Shown here: one piece after another, positions 49,242-57,845 of the stretch
How positions within the stretch are numbered: position 1 is the first letter of the stretch
Layout of the letters: every line of letters begins with the position of its first letter
Source: Akkermansia muciniphila
GTDB lineage: Bacteria > Verrucomicrobiota > Verrucomicrobiia > Limisphaerales > UBA1100
Assembly (NCBI GenBank): GCA_945903605.1
Contig: CAMDOH010000002.1
Span: forward strand, 16,523 to 80,522
Direction: 5' to 3'
DNA length: 64,000 nt
Notes under the pieces: generated by a model
What the model was told of the DNA's origin: nothing
The model's input: only the letters and a program-made list of their open reading frames with translations
Databases searched by the model: none
Translations under genes and position numbers: made by a program

Positions 49242-51005
49242 CTATCTTTTCGGCAGAGCTTTTTCCAGTCGTTTGAGGCGCAGTTGCAGGTCGTCATTCG
49301 GTTGGTCCTTCGGATCTTGCTTCGGCAATTCAGTCGGATAATCGAGTGCGTACTCAATCCGGTATTCCTGCGTTTGGCGTGGCGCCAACTTGAATGTCCA
49401 ATTCAACAACCCTTGAGAGTCGGGCTTGATGAATGGGGACAGTTTGAGGTCGGTGACTTTGACATCTCCAATTTCGGAGACGGGTATTCGATCGCTCAGT
49501 TGCACGCTGACTTCCTGATTGGACAGATTTTGCACCGAGCCGATGTAGGCCACTTTCATCCGCGTACGATTCCGCCAAGTAGAAACCTCGCTCCGCTTTT
49601 GATCCAGATCGCGCTTCACTTTGATCTGATCGGCCACGCCGAGGAACACCGAGAACGGTTCGCTGGGCGATACGAATTCCATTTCCGACATGCCGAGAAA
49701 TGCGCCGTTGATAAATAAGTGTGCCTTGCCGGGCAACAACGGCAGCGTCGTGCTGTTGGTCACTTCACCGGTGCGCACGGCATTGAGCGAGACTTCTGGC
49801 GCCACAACAATTCGTGGTTGTGCCTTCAAGTCAGCTTTGCCAATCGGCACACGCACGGTCCGGCCATCGGCTCTCACCGTTTGTTTGCCGAGTCCTGAGA
49901 AATGCGCGGTGGTGCCGCGTTCACGCAGACTCTCAAACACCGTCAACACCGTGACGGTGTTGCCGATCAGCGCCCGCTTATTCGAGGCGAATGCTTGCTG
50001 CTCCATTTTCTCGGGATTCTTAACGGCGAAGTAGAAGTCGTTTTGCGCGGCCCAGTTTGCATTCGCAACCTTGTACGTATCCTCTTTGCCAACGAGCATC
50101 GTGAGGGCGCGTGTGTTGCCCAGTAAAAGTCCTTTGAGTTCGGGCAACCGCAAAGTGTCCGAGGCGCGCTGAGTGGAGAGCATCAGATCCACGCCTGTCC
50201 AATCTTCGCCGCTGGTCTGCGAAACCACGGCGTGGGAAGCCACAGAAAGTGTTTTTGCATCCGCAGTGGAGCGCAATTCATGTACAGGTTCCCAGGTCGC
50301 TCCGGGCAACATGCCTTCCATCTCAAGCGTCGCCTCGCGGTCGCCTGCCGCCTGCACGGTGACGATCACATTGCGTTGTTCCAACTGCGCGCGCTGTCGC
50401 AGAGCATCGAGCTTTTGCTGGGCAACGCGGAGACGTGGTTCGATCATGCGTTGTTCCACTTTCAACTCCCGCCGCCGCTTCGAAATATCCGCCATCGATT
50501 TGGATATGAAATCGACAGTGTCCTTGTATTCGGCGACATCGACTTTGCGCGCGGCCGCGTCCTTCGGCGCTTTGTCGAGGGCGAAGGCGCGGATGGCTTC
50601 GACTTGTTTCAATTCTGCATCGAGCACTTTGGCCCTATCTTCCATCGCGTCAGATTCGTCGCGCACGAACTGCAGCGCTTCCTCCGTTTTGCGAAACTCT
50701 TCGTCCGTTGGGCGCTCCAAAAAAGTCCGCTCGATTTGGACATCGAGCACTTCTCCTGCGCCAGCGGGTTCGATCCGGACACGAATGGAGCCTTCGTCCA
50801 ACCAACCCGGCAGTGCTGAAAACACGAATTGGCTCAATCCCGGTTTGAGGGGTGTGCGCGCCTGACGTGTGACTTGCGCGCGGTCGGCATAGACAGTCAC
50901 AGCCGTAATCTTCGAATCGAGTTTGACAGGGTCAGCTGCGAAAGCATTCGCAACGGTAAAAATAAAGACGACGATGAGGAATGGGGTTCGCATGCGAGTG
51001 AACAT
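49242..51005 (-). CDS. DUF4139/TIGR02231-like (MuiA-family) exported protein
   Basis: 587 aa with a signal peptide (FLIVVFIFTVANAFAADP). It has an N-terminal VTVYADRAQVTR motif (DUF4140-like), a central coiled coil (..LKQVEAI...RRRELKVEQR..LRVAQQKLDALRQRAQLE..) and a C-terminal beta-rich DUF4139-like part. Confidence 0.7.
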   Translation of the reverse strand: MFTRMRTPFLIVVFIFTVANAFAADPVKLDSKITAVTVYADRAQVTRQARTPLKPGLSQFVFSALPGWLDEGSIRVRIEPAGAGEVLDVQIERTFLERPTDEEFRKTEEALQFVRDESDAMEDRAKVLDAELKQVEAIRAFALDKAPKDAAARKVDVAEYKDTVDFISKSMADISKRRRELKVEQRMIEPRLRVAQQKLDALRQRAQLEQRNVIVTVQAAGDREATLEMEGMLPGATWEPVHELRSTADAKTLSVASHAVVSQTSGEDWTGVDLMLSTQRASDTLRLPELKGLLLGNTRALTMLVGKEDTYKVANANWAAQNDFYFAVKNPEKMEQQAFASNKRALIGNTVTVLTVFESLRERGTTAHFSGLGKQTVRADGRTVRVPIGKADLKAQPRIVVAPEVSLNAVRTGEVTNSTTLPLLPGKAHLFINGAFLGMSEMEFVSPSEPFSVFLGVADQIKVKRDLDQKRSEVSTWRNRTRMKVAYIGSVQNLSNQEVSVQLSDRIPVSEIGDVKVTDLKLSPFIKPDSQGLLNWTFKLAPRQTQEYRIEYALDYPTELPKQDPKDQPNDDLQLRLKRLEKALPKR

Positions 51006-51035
51006 ACGCCGCCAATTCGGGCAATCAAGCTTGGT

Positions 51036-52451
51036 TCAGTCTTTGCGGCCGATGACAAAGACAATGTCATCTTTGGTTGGGTCACTTGAAGTGAGTCCGC
51101 CGCCGCCGTCCTCTTTGAGATTGGCGCCGATACTGTGAACTCGCGCGATCGTTCCGTTTTCGACGCGGTACTTCAGCGGCTGGCCATCGAATGGATCCTG
51201 CAATTGGTTGGAGAGAAAACGCGGGGTGAGTTCGGCCAATTGTTTTGGGAGCCGACCTTCATTTGCCAATCGATATCGAGCAATGGCAATTCCCGTTTCC
51301 GCGCAATGCAATTGGGCGCTGTTTTTTGCCGCGCGAGCCAGAATCTGGTTCAACGCTGGGAACATGACGATGCAAATGGGATAACGAGATTCTGCATCAT
51401 TGCTGCGTAAGGCGGCGAAAGTGGGTTCCATCGACTTGATCTGTTCGGTGTACGGCCTCGATCCAGCCGAGTCGCATTGATCATAGAAATCGAACAGGAA
51501 GAGCAACTCGGATCGGATGGCTGTATCTGATCGGCCGACAATCTGGCGCGCTTTGGCGAGAGCTTGTTTCGGATTGGAATTCGTTGTGCCCATATCGGCA
51601 AATCGCATCCATGCCTCCGGCTTGATCGTGAAAAAATCAAGTGCCATGCAGCGTTCCGAAGTGAACGCACGCCGCATCGCCGCAGGGTTGTGCAACAGCG
51701 CGACGGCGGTCTGCATGCGGGCGAGCTGAGCGTCATCAAAAGTGTGCAATGCCAGCAGCCGTTCAGCATAGCCAGTGATGACTCCGTGACAGGCATATTG
51801 GACAAGCACACTGATGAGAGTCGGTTCGTCACGCAAAGTTTGTGTCAGCCGAACGACGGTCTCAAAATTCTGCACAGCAGTTTTCAAGTCGCCATTCGCG
51901 GCGTGTTGGAGTCCTTCGATCTCAAACAAGTTGCAGGCCGTTCTGTAGTTGGACAAATGCGGCAAGAGAGTGGCAGCGCCCTGCGAGAGATTGATGGGGA
52001 ACCGGCAATGTTTGCGAAGGCTGCCTTCACGAAGGGCGGTCATGTGGCTGCTGTGGCGTTTAAGAAAGTCACTGATGGGCACAGTCATCTCCGCTGGCAA
52101 TGGTTTGTATTTCGATTCTGGTGCCAGCGCCTTTTTCAATAGTTCTCGTTCCGCTTCTGATAATTTGAGGGCGGTCTTGTTGGTGTTGAGCGAAGAAAGG
52201 ATGGGCCAGAGAATCTCTGCTGCATTTTCGGCTGCGGGCACTTGGGCAAACCACGCATCCAATTCTTTCAATGAGACGGGAAATCCTTTGGCTCGAGTTG
52301 CGTCCAGTCGCTGGATCACCTCCGGCGATCCCAGTGCGCGGCTGATATTTTCTGGCAGCTTTTTGTAATAGATATCGTTGGGGTCGTTAGTCGGCAAAGC
52401 GGCACATCCCAGCAAAAGCGCTGCGATGGCGGTGGAGATGTATGTTTTCAT
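51036..52451 (-). CDS. hypothetical lipoprotein, helical-repeat body with a GspG-like C-terminal segment
   Basis: 471 aa with a lipobox (AALLLG|C). The body is mostly helical. The C-terminal ~80 aa (IARYRLANEGRLPKQLAELTPRFL...DPFDGQPLKYR.....ARVHSIGAN..DGGG.....DDIVF) resemble the globular end of type II secretion major pseudopilins. I recognise no family. Confidence 0.55.
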   Translation of the reverse strand: MKTYISTAIAALLLGCAALPTNDPNDIYYKKLPENISRALGSPEVIQRLDATRAKGFPVSLKELDAWFAQVPAAENAAEILWPILSSLNTNKTALKLSEAERELLKKALAPESKYKPLPAEMTVPISDFLKRHSSHMTALREGSLRKHCRFPINLSQGAATLLPHLSNYRTACNLFEIEGLQHAANGDLKTAVQNFETVVRLTQTLRDEPTLISVLVQYACHGVITGYAERLLALHTFDDAQLARMQTAVALLHNPAAMRRAFTSERCMALDFFTIKPEAWMRFADMGTTNSNPKQALAKARQIVGRSDTAIRSELLFLFDFYDQCDSAGSRPYTEQIKSMEPTFAALRSNDAESRYPICIVMFPALNQILARAAKNSAQLHCAETGIAIARYRLANEGRLPKQLAELTPRFLSNQLQDPFDGQPLKYRVENGTIARVHSIGANLKEDGGGGLTSSDPTKDDIVFVIGRKD

Positions 52452-53257
52452 CGGGTTGAGTTATTGAGGATGATGTCGATGCCTTGTGGCCAGTGTTCGA
52501 GCGGTTCCCAGCCGATCTCTTTTCGGGTCGTCTCCAAATCGTACAACAGCGTGCGCAGCGGCCGACTGGTTGCGTACAGGATGGTGTGAGTCAGGCTTTC
52601 CGGCGCTTCCACGCAACAACCAAAGAATCGGCCAGCATCTCCCGGACTGAGATACACATCCTGCGCCCACGCGCTCGCGGCGATTTCTTCAACCTGCGCT
52701 TTCGTTCGCGGACACCAGCCGAGTCGAGCGATGATGACACTTGCGCCGTGCGTTTCATGAAAACCGCGCCCGATCGATTCCATGAACATCTTTGTCGCCG
52801 CATACCAATATTTGGGCGAGATGGGATCCTGTGCATCAATGGGCCAAGGGCCGGATTGATTGTGCCACCAATTGACCTGACCGCTGCTGGCGAGAATGTA
52901 ACGGCGCACATTCTGCGCGCGCGCGGCTTCCATGATTTGATACAGGCCGTTGATGTTCGCGGGTAACAATTCGCCGGACACGTCCTCCACGTCATCAGGA
53001 CAAGCTGCCAAATGAATGAGCGTCGTCACTCCAGTCATGGCTCGGCGGACATCGGCTGGATCGGTGATAGTCCCGACAATGGCATCGGCCACATCCGGGG
53101 TGGGCACGCGGTCAAATCCGCGAACAGGAATGCGGCGCTTGTTCAACTCCGCGCAGACCGCCTTTCCCACGCGTCCAGCCGAGCCCGTCACCAGTGTCAA
53201 ACCCGTCGCGCACAACTTTGAATCTGCTTTCAAGGGCACGCACTTTGAAGCGAACAC
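52448..53257 (-). CDS. NAD(P)-dependent epimerase/dehydratase-family protein
   Basis: 269 aa with the Rossmann motif (LVTGSAGRVGKAV) and YAATK (YxxxK). Its stop overlaps the start of the downstream lipoprotein gene (ATGA). Confidence 0.8.
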   Translation of the reverse strand: MFASKCVPLKADSKLCATGLTLVTGSAGRVGKAVCAELNKRRIPVRGFDRVPTPDVADAIVGTITDPADVRRAMTGVTTLIHLAACPDDVEDVSGELLPANINGLYQIMEAARAQNVRRYILASSGQVNWWHNQSGPWPIDAQDPISPKYWYAATKMFMESIGRGFHETHGASVIIARLGWCPRTKAQVEEIAASAWAQDVYLSPGDAGRFFGCCVEAPESLTHTILYATSRPLRTLLYDLETTRKEIGWEPLEHWPQGIDIILNNSTR

Positions 53258-53305
53258 TTTGAATTGTCAAAGTGAGTGGAATCCTGAGCGTCGCACCGCA
53301 ACGGA

Positions 53306-54115
53306 TCACTTTTTCTTGGCGGGAACTGCGCGCACGGGTTTGTTCCGATGCAAGTTCGGGTAGAATCTTTTGTGGATCTCGAGCAGTCGCCCGAGTTCCT
53401 TCACCGGCTCAGGATGATCCTCCACACGCAGATCGATGAACCGGTCATTGAAATTTCCGTAGCCCCCTTTTTCCCGCACGACGAGTAACGATGCCGATTG
53501 ACGTCCGCGTTTGTCCCCACCGGCCGCTTCTGCAGCTTCCAATGCTGCCACGAGCCAATCGCCGAGTCCGCCGTTGCCGGATAGTCGCGCCTTTTCAAAG
53601 GCAGTGGCCATGTCCTTCACGACTGCTTCGCCGGCAAGGATATTCCCTTGCACCGCGAAATGCTTTCCTTCGATGTGGCCCGCCCAAGCGTTGCATTGTT
53701 CGCCGGTGAAACTGGCCACCCGGCCTTGTCCATCCACGATTCCGACTTGCCGGATTCCCCGCAGCGGATCTGCTTTGGTGAGAATTTCCATGACATCACG
53801 CGGCGCCTTGTCTTGCGCGAGAAGTTCGAGACCTTTTGGGCCGTAGGTTGTATTCGCGGCAGATTGTGTGGCGATGGCGCCCACGCCCGCTTTCGCCCAC
53901 GGAACGACGGAACCGACGCCAAAGAATTTGCTCTGCACTGCCACACCGAGATCGCCGGTGGCGGGATCGAAGGCGACGATGGAATAGGTTCCGACGATGC
54001 GCGGAGTGTTCGGTTCGCTTGCTGAAAGTGAAGCGAAGGCGGCCAGCAGTTGCACCACAGTCAAAGCACGGGAACAGGAACCGTGCCGGAGGGAACGCGT
54101 TTGTAATTGTCCCAT
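53306..54115 (-). CDS. DUF1028 family protein (Ntn-hydrolase fold), exported
   Basis: It has TYSIVAFDPATGDLGVAVQSKFFGVGSVVPWAKAGVGAIATQS..N..YG..GL.LL, the DUF1028 pattern with the mature N-terminal Thr context. A signal-like segment (ALTVVQLLAAFASLSASE) is present. The start was taken at the ATG at 54115; the track ORF begins at 54193. It overlaps the upstream gene's 3' end by about 55 nt. Confidence 0.78.
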   Translation of the reverse strand: MGQLQTRSLRHGSCSRALTVVQLLAAFASLSASEPNTPRIVGTYSIVAFDPATGDLGVAVQSKFFGVGSVVPWAKAGVGAIATQSAANTTYGPKGLELLAQDKAPRDVMEILTKADPLRGIRQVGIVDGQGRVASFTGEQCNAWAGHIEGKHFAVQGNILAGEAVVKDMATAFEKARLSGNGGLGDWLVAALEAAEAAGGDKRGRQSASLLVVREKGGYGNFNDRFIDLRVEDHPEPVKELGRLLEIHKRFYPNLHRNKPVRAVPAKKK

Positions 54116-54939
54116 GATTCCTCGATGATGATCCGATTCCATTTGTAGAGAAGGCGGAAATCTACCTCGGCACGAAAATGCACAGGCACCCAATAACCGG
54201 AGTCTAGCGGCCGAGTCTCGAACTGTGCGGTGAATCGCGTGGCTTGAATCAACATGCCCAGCGCCATTTCAACATTGCCCATCAACGAGAGTTCCCCTGC
54301 GGAGACTTGCCAGTCTCGTTCATCGATCCACAGGCGACCGGCGAGATGGCGCAGGGCGAAGGCCGCTTCGTGCGAAGTGTTCGGTTGTTTGAGTTTGGGG
54401 ATGAAAGTGACGATCAATGCCGGTCGACCGTTCAAAATCTCGCGGCCAGCGACGGCGAAATCAAAAAACTCCAATGCCGCGCGTGATTTCAGAAAGATCT
54501 CCGCGCTCTTGACCGGTTTGAGCGGAGACTTTTTCCGAGATTCGGCCTCTTTCTTCTCTTCTTTAATCCGCTCATCTCCATCGATGGGCTTGCCATCCCG
54601 CTCGATGAGCCGCGAGTGATTGTGACTGGCCACCGGGAAGACTTCATAAACGCTCCGCTTCGCCTTTTCGACATGCCGGTGCTCGTTCACCTGGAGTTCG
54701 CTGCTGGTTCGGCGCAATGTGTATTGGCCGCGAACGCCGCTCTTTTCTGCAATTTCGATTCGCGCAAAGATGTTGCTGAGCACCGTGGCGGCCGGTGGAA
54801 TGTCGCCGCCCATGCCGAGCTTCGCATCGGCGGTCGCGGGAAGCGTTTCAGCGGCAGATGCGATGAGGTTGCCCAGCACGAGGCAAAGCAAAAATGGCGA
54901 GGTCTTCATCAAGCGAGGCTGATTATGTTGTGTACGCAT
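54061..54939 (-). CDS. hypothetical secreted protein (possibly LolA/outer-membrane-lipoprotein-sorting-like fold)
   Basis: 292 aa with a signal peptide (MKTSPFLLCLVLGNLIASAAE) and a charged linker (DERIKEEKKEAESRKK). The beta-rich C-terminal half (..GRLWIDERDWQV...) is only loosely reminiscent of LolA-like proteins. Confidence 0.5.
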   Translation of the reverse strand: MRTQHNQPRLMKTSPFLLCLVLGNLIASAAETLPATADAKLGMGGDIPPAATVLSNIFARIEIAEKSGVRGQYTLRRTSSELQVNEHRHVEKAKRSVYEVFPVASHNHSRLIERDGKPIDGDERIKEEKKEAESRKKSPLKPVKSAEIFLKSRAALEFFDFAVAGREILNGRPALIVTFIPKLKQPNTSHEAAFALRHLAGRLWIDERDWQVSAGELSLMGNVEMALGMLIQATRFTAQFETRPLDSGYWVPVHFRAEVDFRLLYKWNRIIIEESWDNYKRVPSGTVPVPVL

Positions 54940-55000
54940 CGCTTGTCAAACTTGGTTGCGGGGTTGCATCGATTTCAGACGGCCATTACAACTTCTGGCG

Positions 55001-55786
55001 ATGAAGACAAATCTGGCCGGCAAATGGGTGATGATCACGGGTGCATCGAGCGGGTTCGGGGCGGCTACAGCGCGCGCATTTGCTGCCGAGGGCAGTCATG
55101 TGATTCTGGGCGCGCGCCGAGTCGATCGGCTTGAGCAGGTCGCCGCCGAATGCCGCAATGCGGGTGCGGCGGGCGCGTATGTACACTCACTCGATGTGGC
55201 CAGCACGAAGAGCACGAATCTATTTGCTGAATGGGTGAAGACGCTCACGACGAAGATGGACGTGCTCATCAACAACGCCGGTGGCGCTCATGGCGCGGAG
55301 ACTGTGGCCAATGGCAAGGATGAAGATTGGGAGGCGATGATTCAGGTGAACTTTCTCGGCGTGATGCGTGTCACGCGCGCCATTCTGCCGTTGATGCTGA
55401 ACAATCCCGGTTCTTCCATTTTGAATATCGGTTCCATTGCGGGCCGAGTGGCGTATGAAGGCGGGTCAGTTTATTGCGGAGTCAAGTCGGCTGAGTTGAT
55501 GATCACGCGGTCGCTGCGGTTGGAGTTGAACGGCACGGGCGTCCGCGTGGGCACGGTTGATCCGGGTTTTGCTGAAACGGAATTTGCGATGGTCCGATTC
55601 AAAGGCGACAAGGCTAAATCCGACAAGGTTTACGAAGGCACCGAGCCGCTCACTTCCGAGGATATCGCAGAGACGCTCGTCTGGTGCGCGAGTCGTCCGC
55701 CGCATGTTTGCATCGATGAACTTCTGATCAAGTGCACCGATCAAGCGGCCATTCACAAAGTGCACCGCCGCTCGGTGACGAAATAA
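55001..55786 (+). CDS. SDR-family oxidoreductase
   Basis: 261 aa from the ATG at 55001 with GKWVMITGASSGFG (TGxxxGxG), NNAG, and a YCGVK-type Y-x-x-x-K catalytic motif. Confidence 0.9.
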   Translation: MKTNLAGKWVMITGASSGFGAATARAFAAEGSHVILGARRVDRLEQVAAECRNAGAAGAYVHSLDVASTKSTNLFAEWVKTLTTKMDVLINNAGGAHGAETVANGKDEDWEAMIQVNFLGVMRVTRAILPLMLNNPGSSILNIGSIAGRVAYEGGSVYCGVKSAELMITRSLRLELNGTGVRVGTVDPGFAETEFAMVRFKGDKAKSDKVYEGTEPLTSEDIAETLVWCASRPPHVCIDELLIKCTDQAAIHKVHRRSVTK

Positions 55787-55788
55787 CG

Positions 55789-56796
55789 TCAGTTGGATTT
55801 GGGCGGCGCAGCGACGGGCAGGCTCGCTTTGCTGATGGCGGCAGAATGTTCTTTGAGCAGGCGGTGGATATCCTCGATCGGGATCGCGAAGAATTCGACG
55901 CGGTTGACCTTGGCAATATTGATTCCAACGATCTGACCGTCGGTTGAGAAAAGTGCTCCACCCATGTCGGTCACCAAAAGATTGATGTCGTGCTGGAGGA
56001 CGCGGTCAAATCCCGCTTTCCGCTGCGAGGTGCGTCCGCTCATCAAGATGTTTTTTTCAAACACACTGAACACGCTGCTGCGATGGCCGAGGATGACTTC
56101 GATGGTTTTGGTCTCCTCCCCGCGCAGACAAATGACGGTGACCTTTTGGCCGGGATCAAGCTTGCGAATTTCGTTCTGCAAATCCTCGCGCGAGAGCACT
56201 TCTTTGCCAGCGACTTTCTGCACGATGTCGTTCACTCGAAGCCCGGCTTTTTCAGCTGGCCCGTCTTTCATGACTTGGGAAACGGTGACGCCGCCCGCTT
56301 CCTTTCCATCGTTGCCAAGAATGATTCCGAGGACGCCGCCGCTGCGTTCGATGGCGCGTGGCGTGGCGCTGAGGACGCCGACACGGACGCTGCGTCCGGA
56401 AGCGCCGATGACCCATTGGCCGAGTTGTAGCTTGGATGTGAGCGCCAAGCGCGCGCCTGCAGTGGGTTTGTAATCAGATTTCAGGAGCGCGAGATCCGTT
56501 TTCGAATCGAATGCAATGATCCGTGCATCATTCGTTGACTTGTTTGGCACCACGATCTTGATGGGTTCTTTCAGCTCACTCCGTTTTGTGAGGATCAATC
56601 CATCGGCATTGATCACCGTGCCCAGACAGAGGAATTGATCGCCGGATTCGATGCGGACAGTGCATTGGGCAGCGGCTTTGTCGGCTTTCGAAAATGAGCT
56701 GGTGACGGTGGCCCCATCCATGCGCTCGGCAGATGGCAATTGCGCAACGAGCGGCGCGGCCAGGAATAACAGCAGGAGGAGTGTGGCGCGGTTCAT
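55789..56796 (-). CDS. HtrA-like pseudo-protease with an internal PDZ domain (catalytic His and Ser substituted)
   Basis: 335 aa with a signal peptide. It is homologous to the upstream S1C protease, but it reads LILTKRSEL in place of LVLTAGHVS and VTDMGGALF in place of GGDSGGPLF. The Asp context (KTDLALLK) is retained. The PDZ (GVLGIILG..GLRVNDIVQKVAGKEV..) lies between the two halves of the second barrel. Confidence 0.72.
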   Translation of the reverse strand: MNRATLLLLLFLAAPLVAQLPSAERMDGATVTSSFSKADKAAAQCTVRIESGDQFLCLGTVINADGLILTKRSELKEPIKIVVPNKSTNDARIIAFDSKTDLALLKSDYKPTAGARLALTSKLQLGQWVIGASGRSVRVGVLSATPRAIERSGGVLGIILGNDGKEAGGVTVSQVMKDGPAEKAGLRVNDIVQKVAGKEVLSREDLQNEIRKLDPGQKVTVICLRGEETKTIEVILGHRSSVFSVFEKNILMSGRTSQRKAGFDRVLQHDINLLVTDMGGALFSTDGQIVGINIAKVNRVEFFAIPIEDIHRLLKEHSAAISKASLPVAAPPKSN

Positions 56797-56799
56797 GTG

Positions 56800-57777
56800 T
56801 TATGGCGATTTTGGAGGCTCAGTTTCGGGCCGGCGAGACAGTAGAATCTCGATTGTGATGGGCTTGCCATCACGCTGGACGCCGAGTTTCACATTCTTTC
56901 CCTTCGATGTGAGACTGATGAATTGTGTGAGGTCGGTGTTGGTGAGTATGACTTTGTCTTCGAACCGAGTAACGATGTCGCCGATTTTCAGCTTGCCCGC
57001 CGCAGGAGAATTCTCGAGCACTTCGGCGACGCGCGCTCCTTTCGCGTTGGGTTCAGTGAGGACTCCGAGATAGCCGCGCTCACTCAGTGCGAGGGTTTCG
57101 ACGATTTTACTTTCCTTCAATGCGCTCCATTCATCGTGAAACGAAAGTGCGGCGACATGAAAATTCTGGTCAGGAGTGATGTAAATCCGGCTGTGAATGC
57201 CAATCACTTGGCCATCCAAATCGAAGAGTGGGCCGCCAGAATCGCCCCCGAGCAGTTTGCAATCCGTACGCAAAGTGGAGCGGTTGGCGCTGATGATTCG
57301 TCCCACACGAACGACAGCACCACGCTGACGATCCAAACCGTTTGGATGACCGACAGCGATACACCATTCGCCGATGGTCGGCTGATTCCGGCCAGACAAT
57401 TTTGCCACCGGCAGCTTGAGCGGTTTTTCAATTTGCAACATGCCAGAGTCGGTGAGCTTGGAATTGCCAAGTGAGATCGCGTCAAATTCCCGCCCATCGT
57501 TGAGCAACACTTTGAACGGGCGACCTGGCTTGGCCGAGACGTGGCCAGCGGTGAGCACAAGTCCATCCTCAGAAATAATAACGCCGCTTCCAGCCGCGCC
57601 ACCGGAACGGACTTGAACGGTGGCCGTCATCGCGGGCGTGAGCATTTTCTGGATGCGATCCTGTATTAACTGGAAGTCCACTGGACTGGCAGAAGAATCT
57701 GCAGCGCGACCGTGTGATACGGTCAAAACCGCAAAAGCCAGTACAGACAGCCACTTTGTCAACAATCTGTCCTTCAT
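56800..57777 (-). CDS. S1C (HtrA/DegP-like) serine protease with a C-terminal PDZ domain
   Basis: 325 aa with a signal peptide. The triad contexts are GSGVIISEDGLVLTAGHV (His), TDSGMLQI (Asp) and GGDSGGPLFDLDGQVIGIHS (Ser). The PDZ is GYLGV...AAGKLKIGDIVTRFED. Confidence 0.85.
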   Translation of the reverse strand: MKDRLLTKWLSVLAFAVLTVSHGRAADSSASPVDFQLIQDRIQKMLTPAMTATVQVRSGGAAGSGVIISEDGLVLTAGHVSAKPGRPFKVLLNDGREFDAISLGNSKLTDSGMLQIEKPLKLPVAKLSGRNQPTIGEWCIAVGHPNGLDRQRGAVVRVGRIISANRSTLRTDCKLLGGDSGGPLFDLDGQVIGIHSRIYITPDQNFHVAALSFHDEWSALKESKIVETLALSERGYLGVLTEPNAKGARVAEVLENSPAAGKLKIGDIVTRFEDKVILTNTDLTQFISLTSKGKNVKLGVQRDGKPITIEILLSRRPETEPPKSP

Positions 57778-57845
57778 CGGAGTTTTACATTAACCAATGA
57801 CTTTTCGATTCGCCAGCTCATTTACGGGGGATAAGACGTTGCGTA

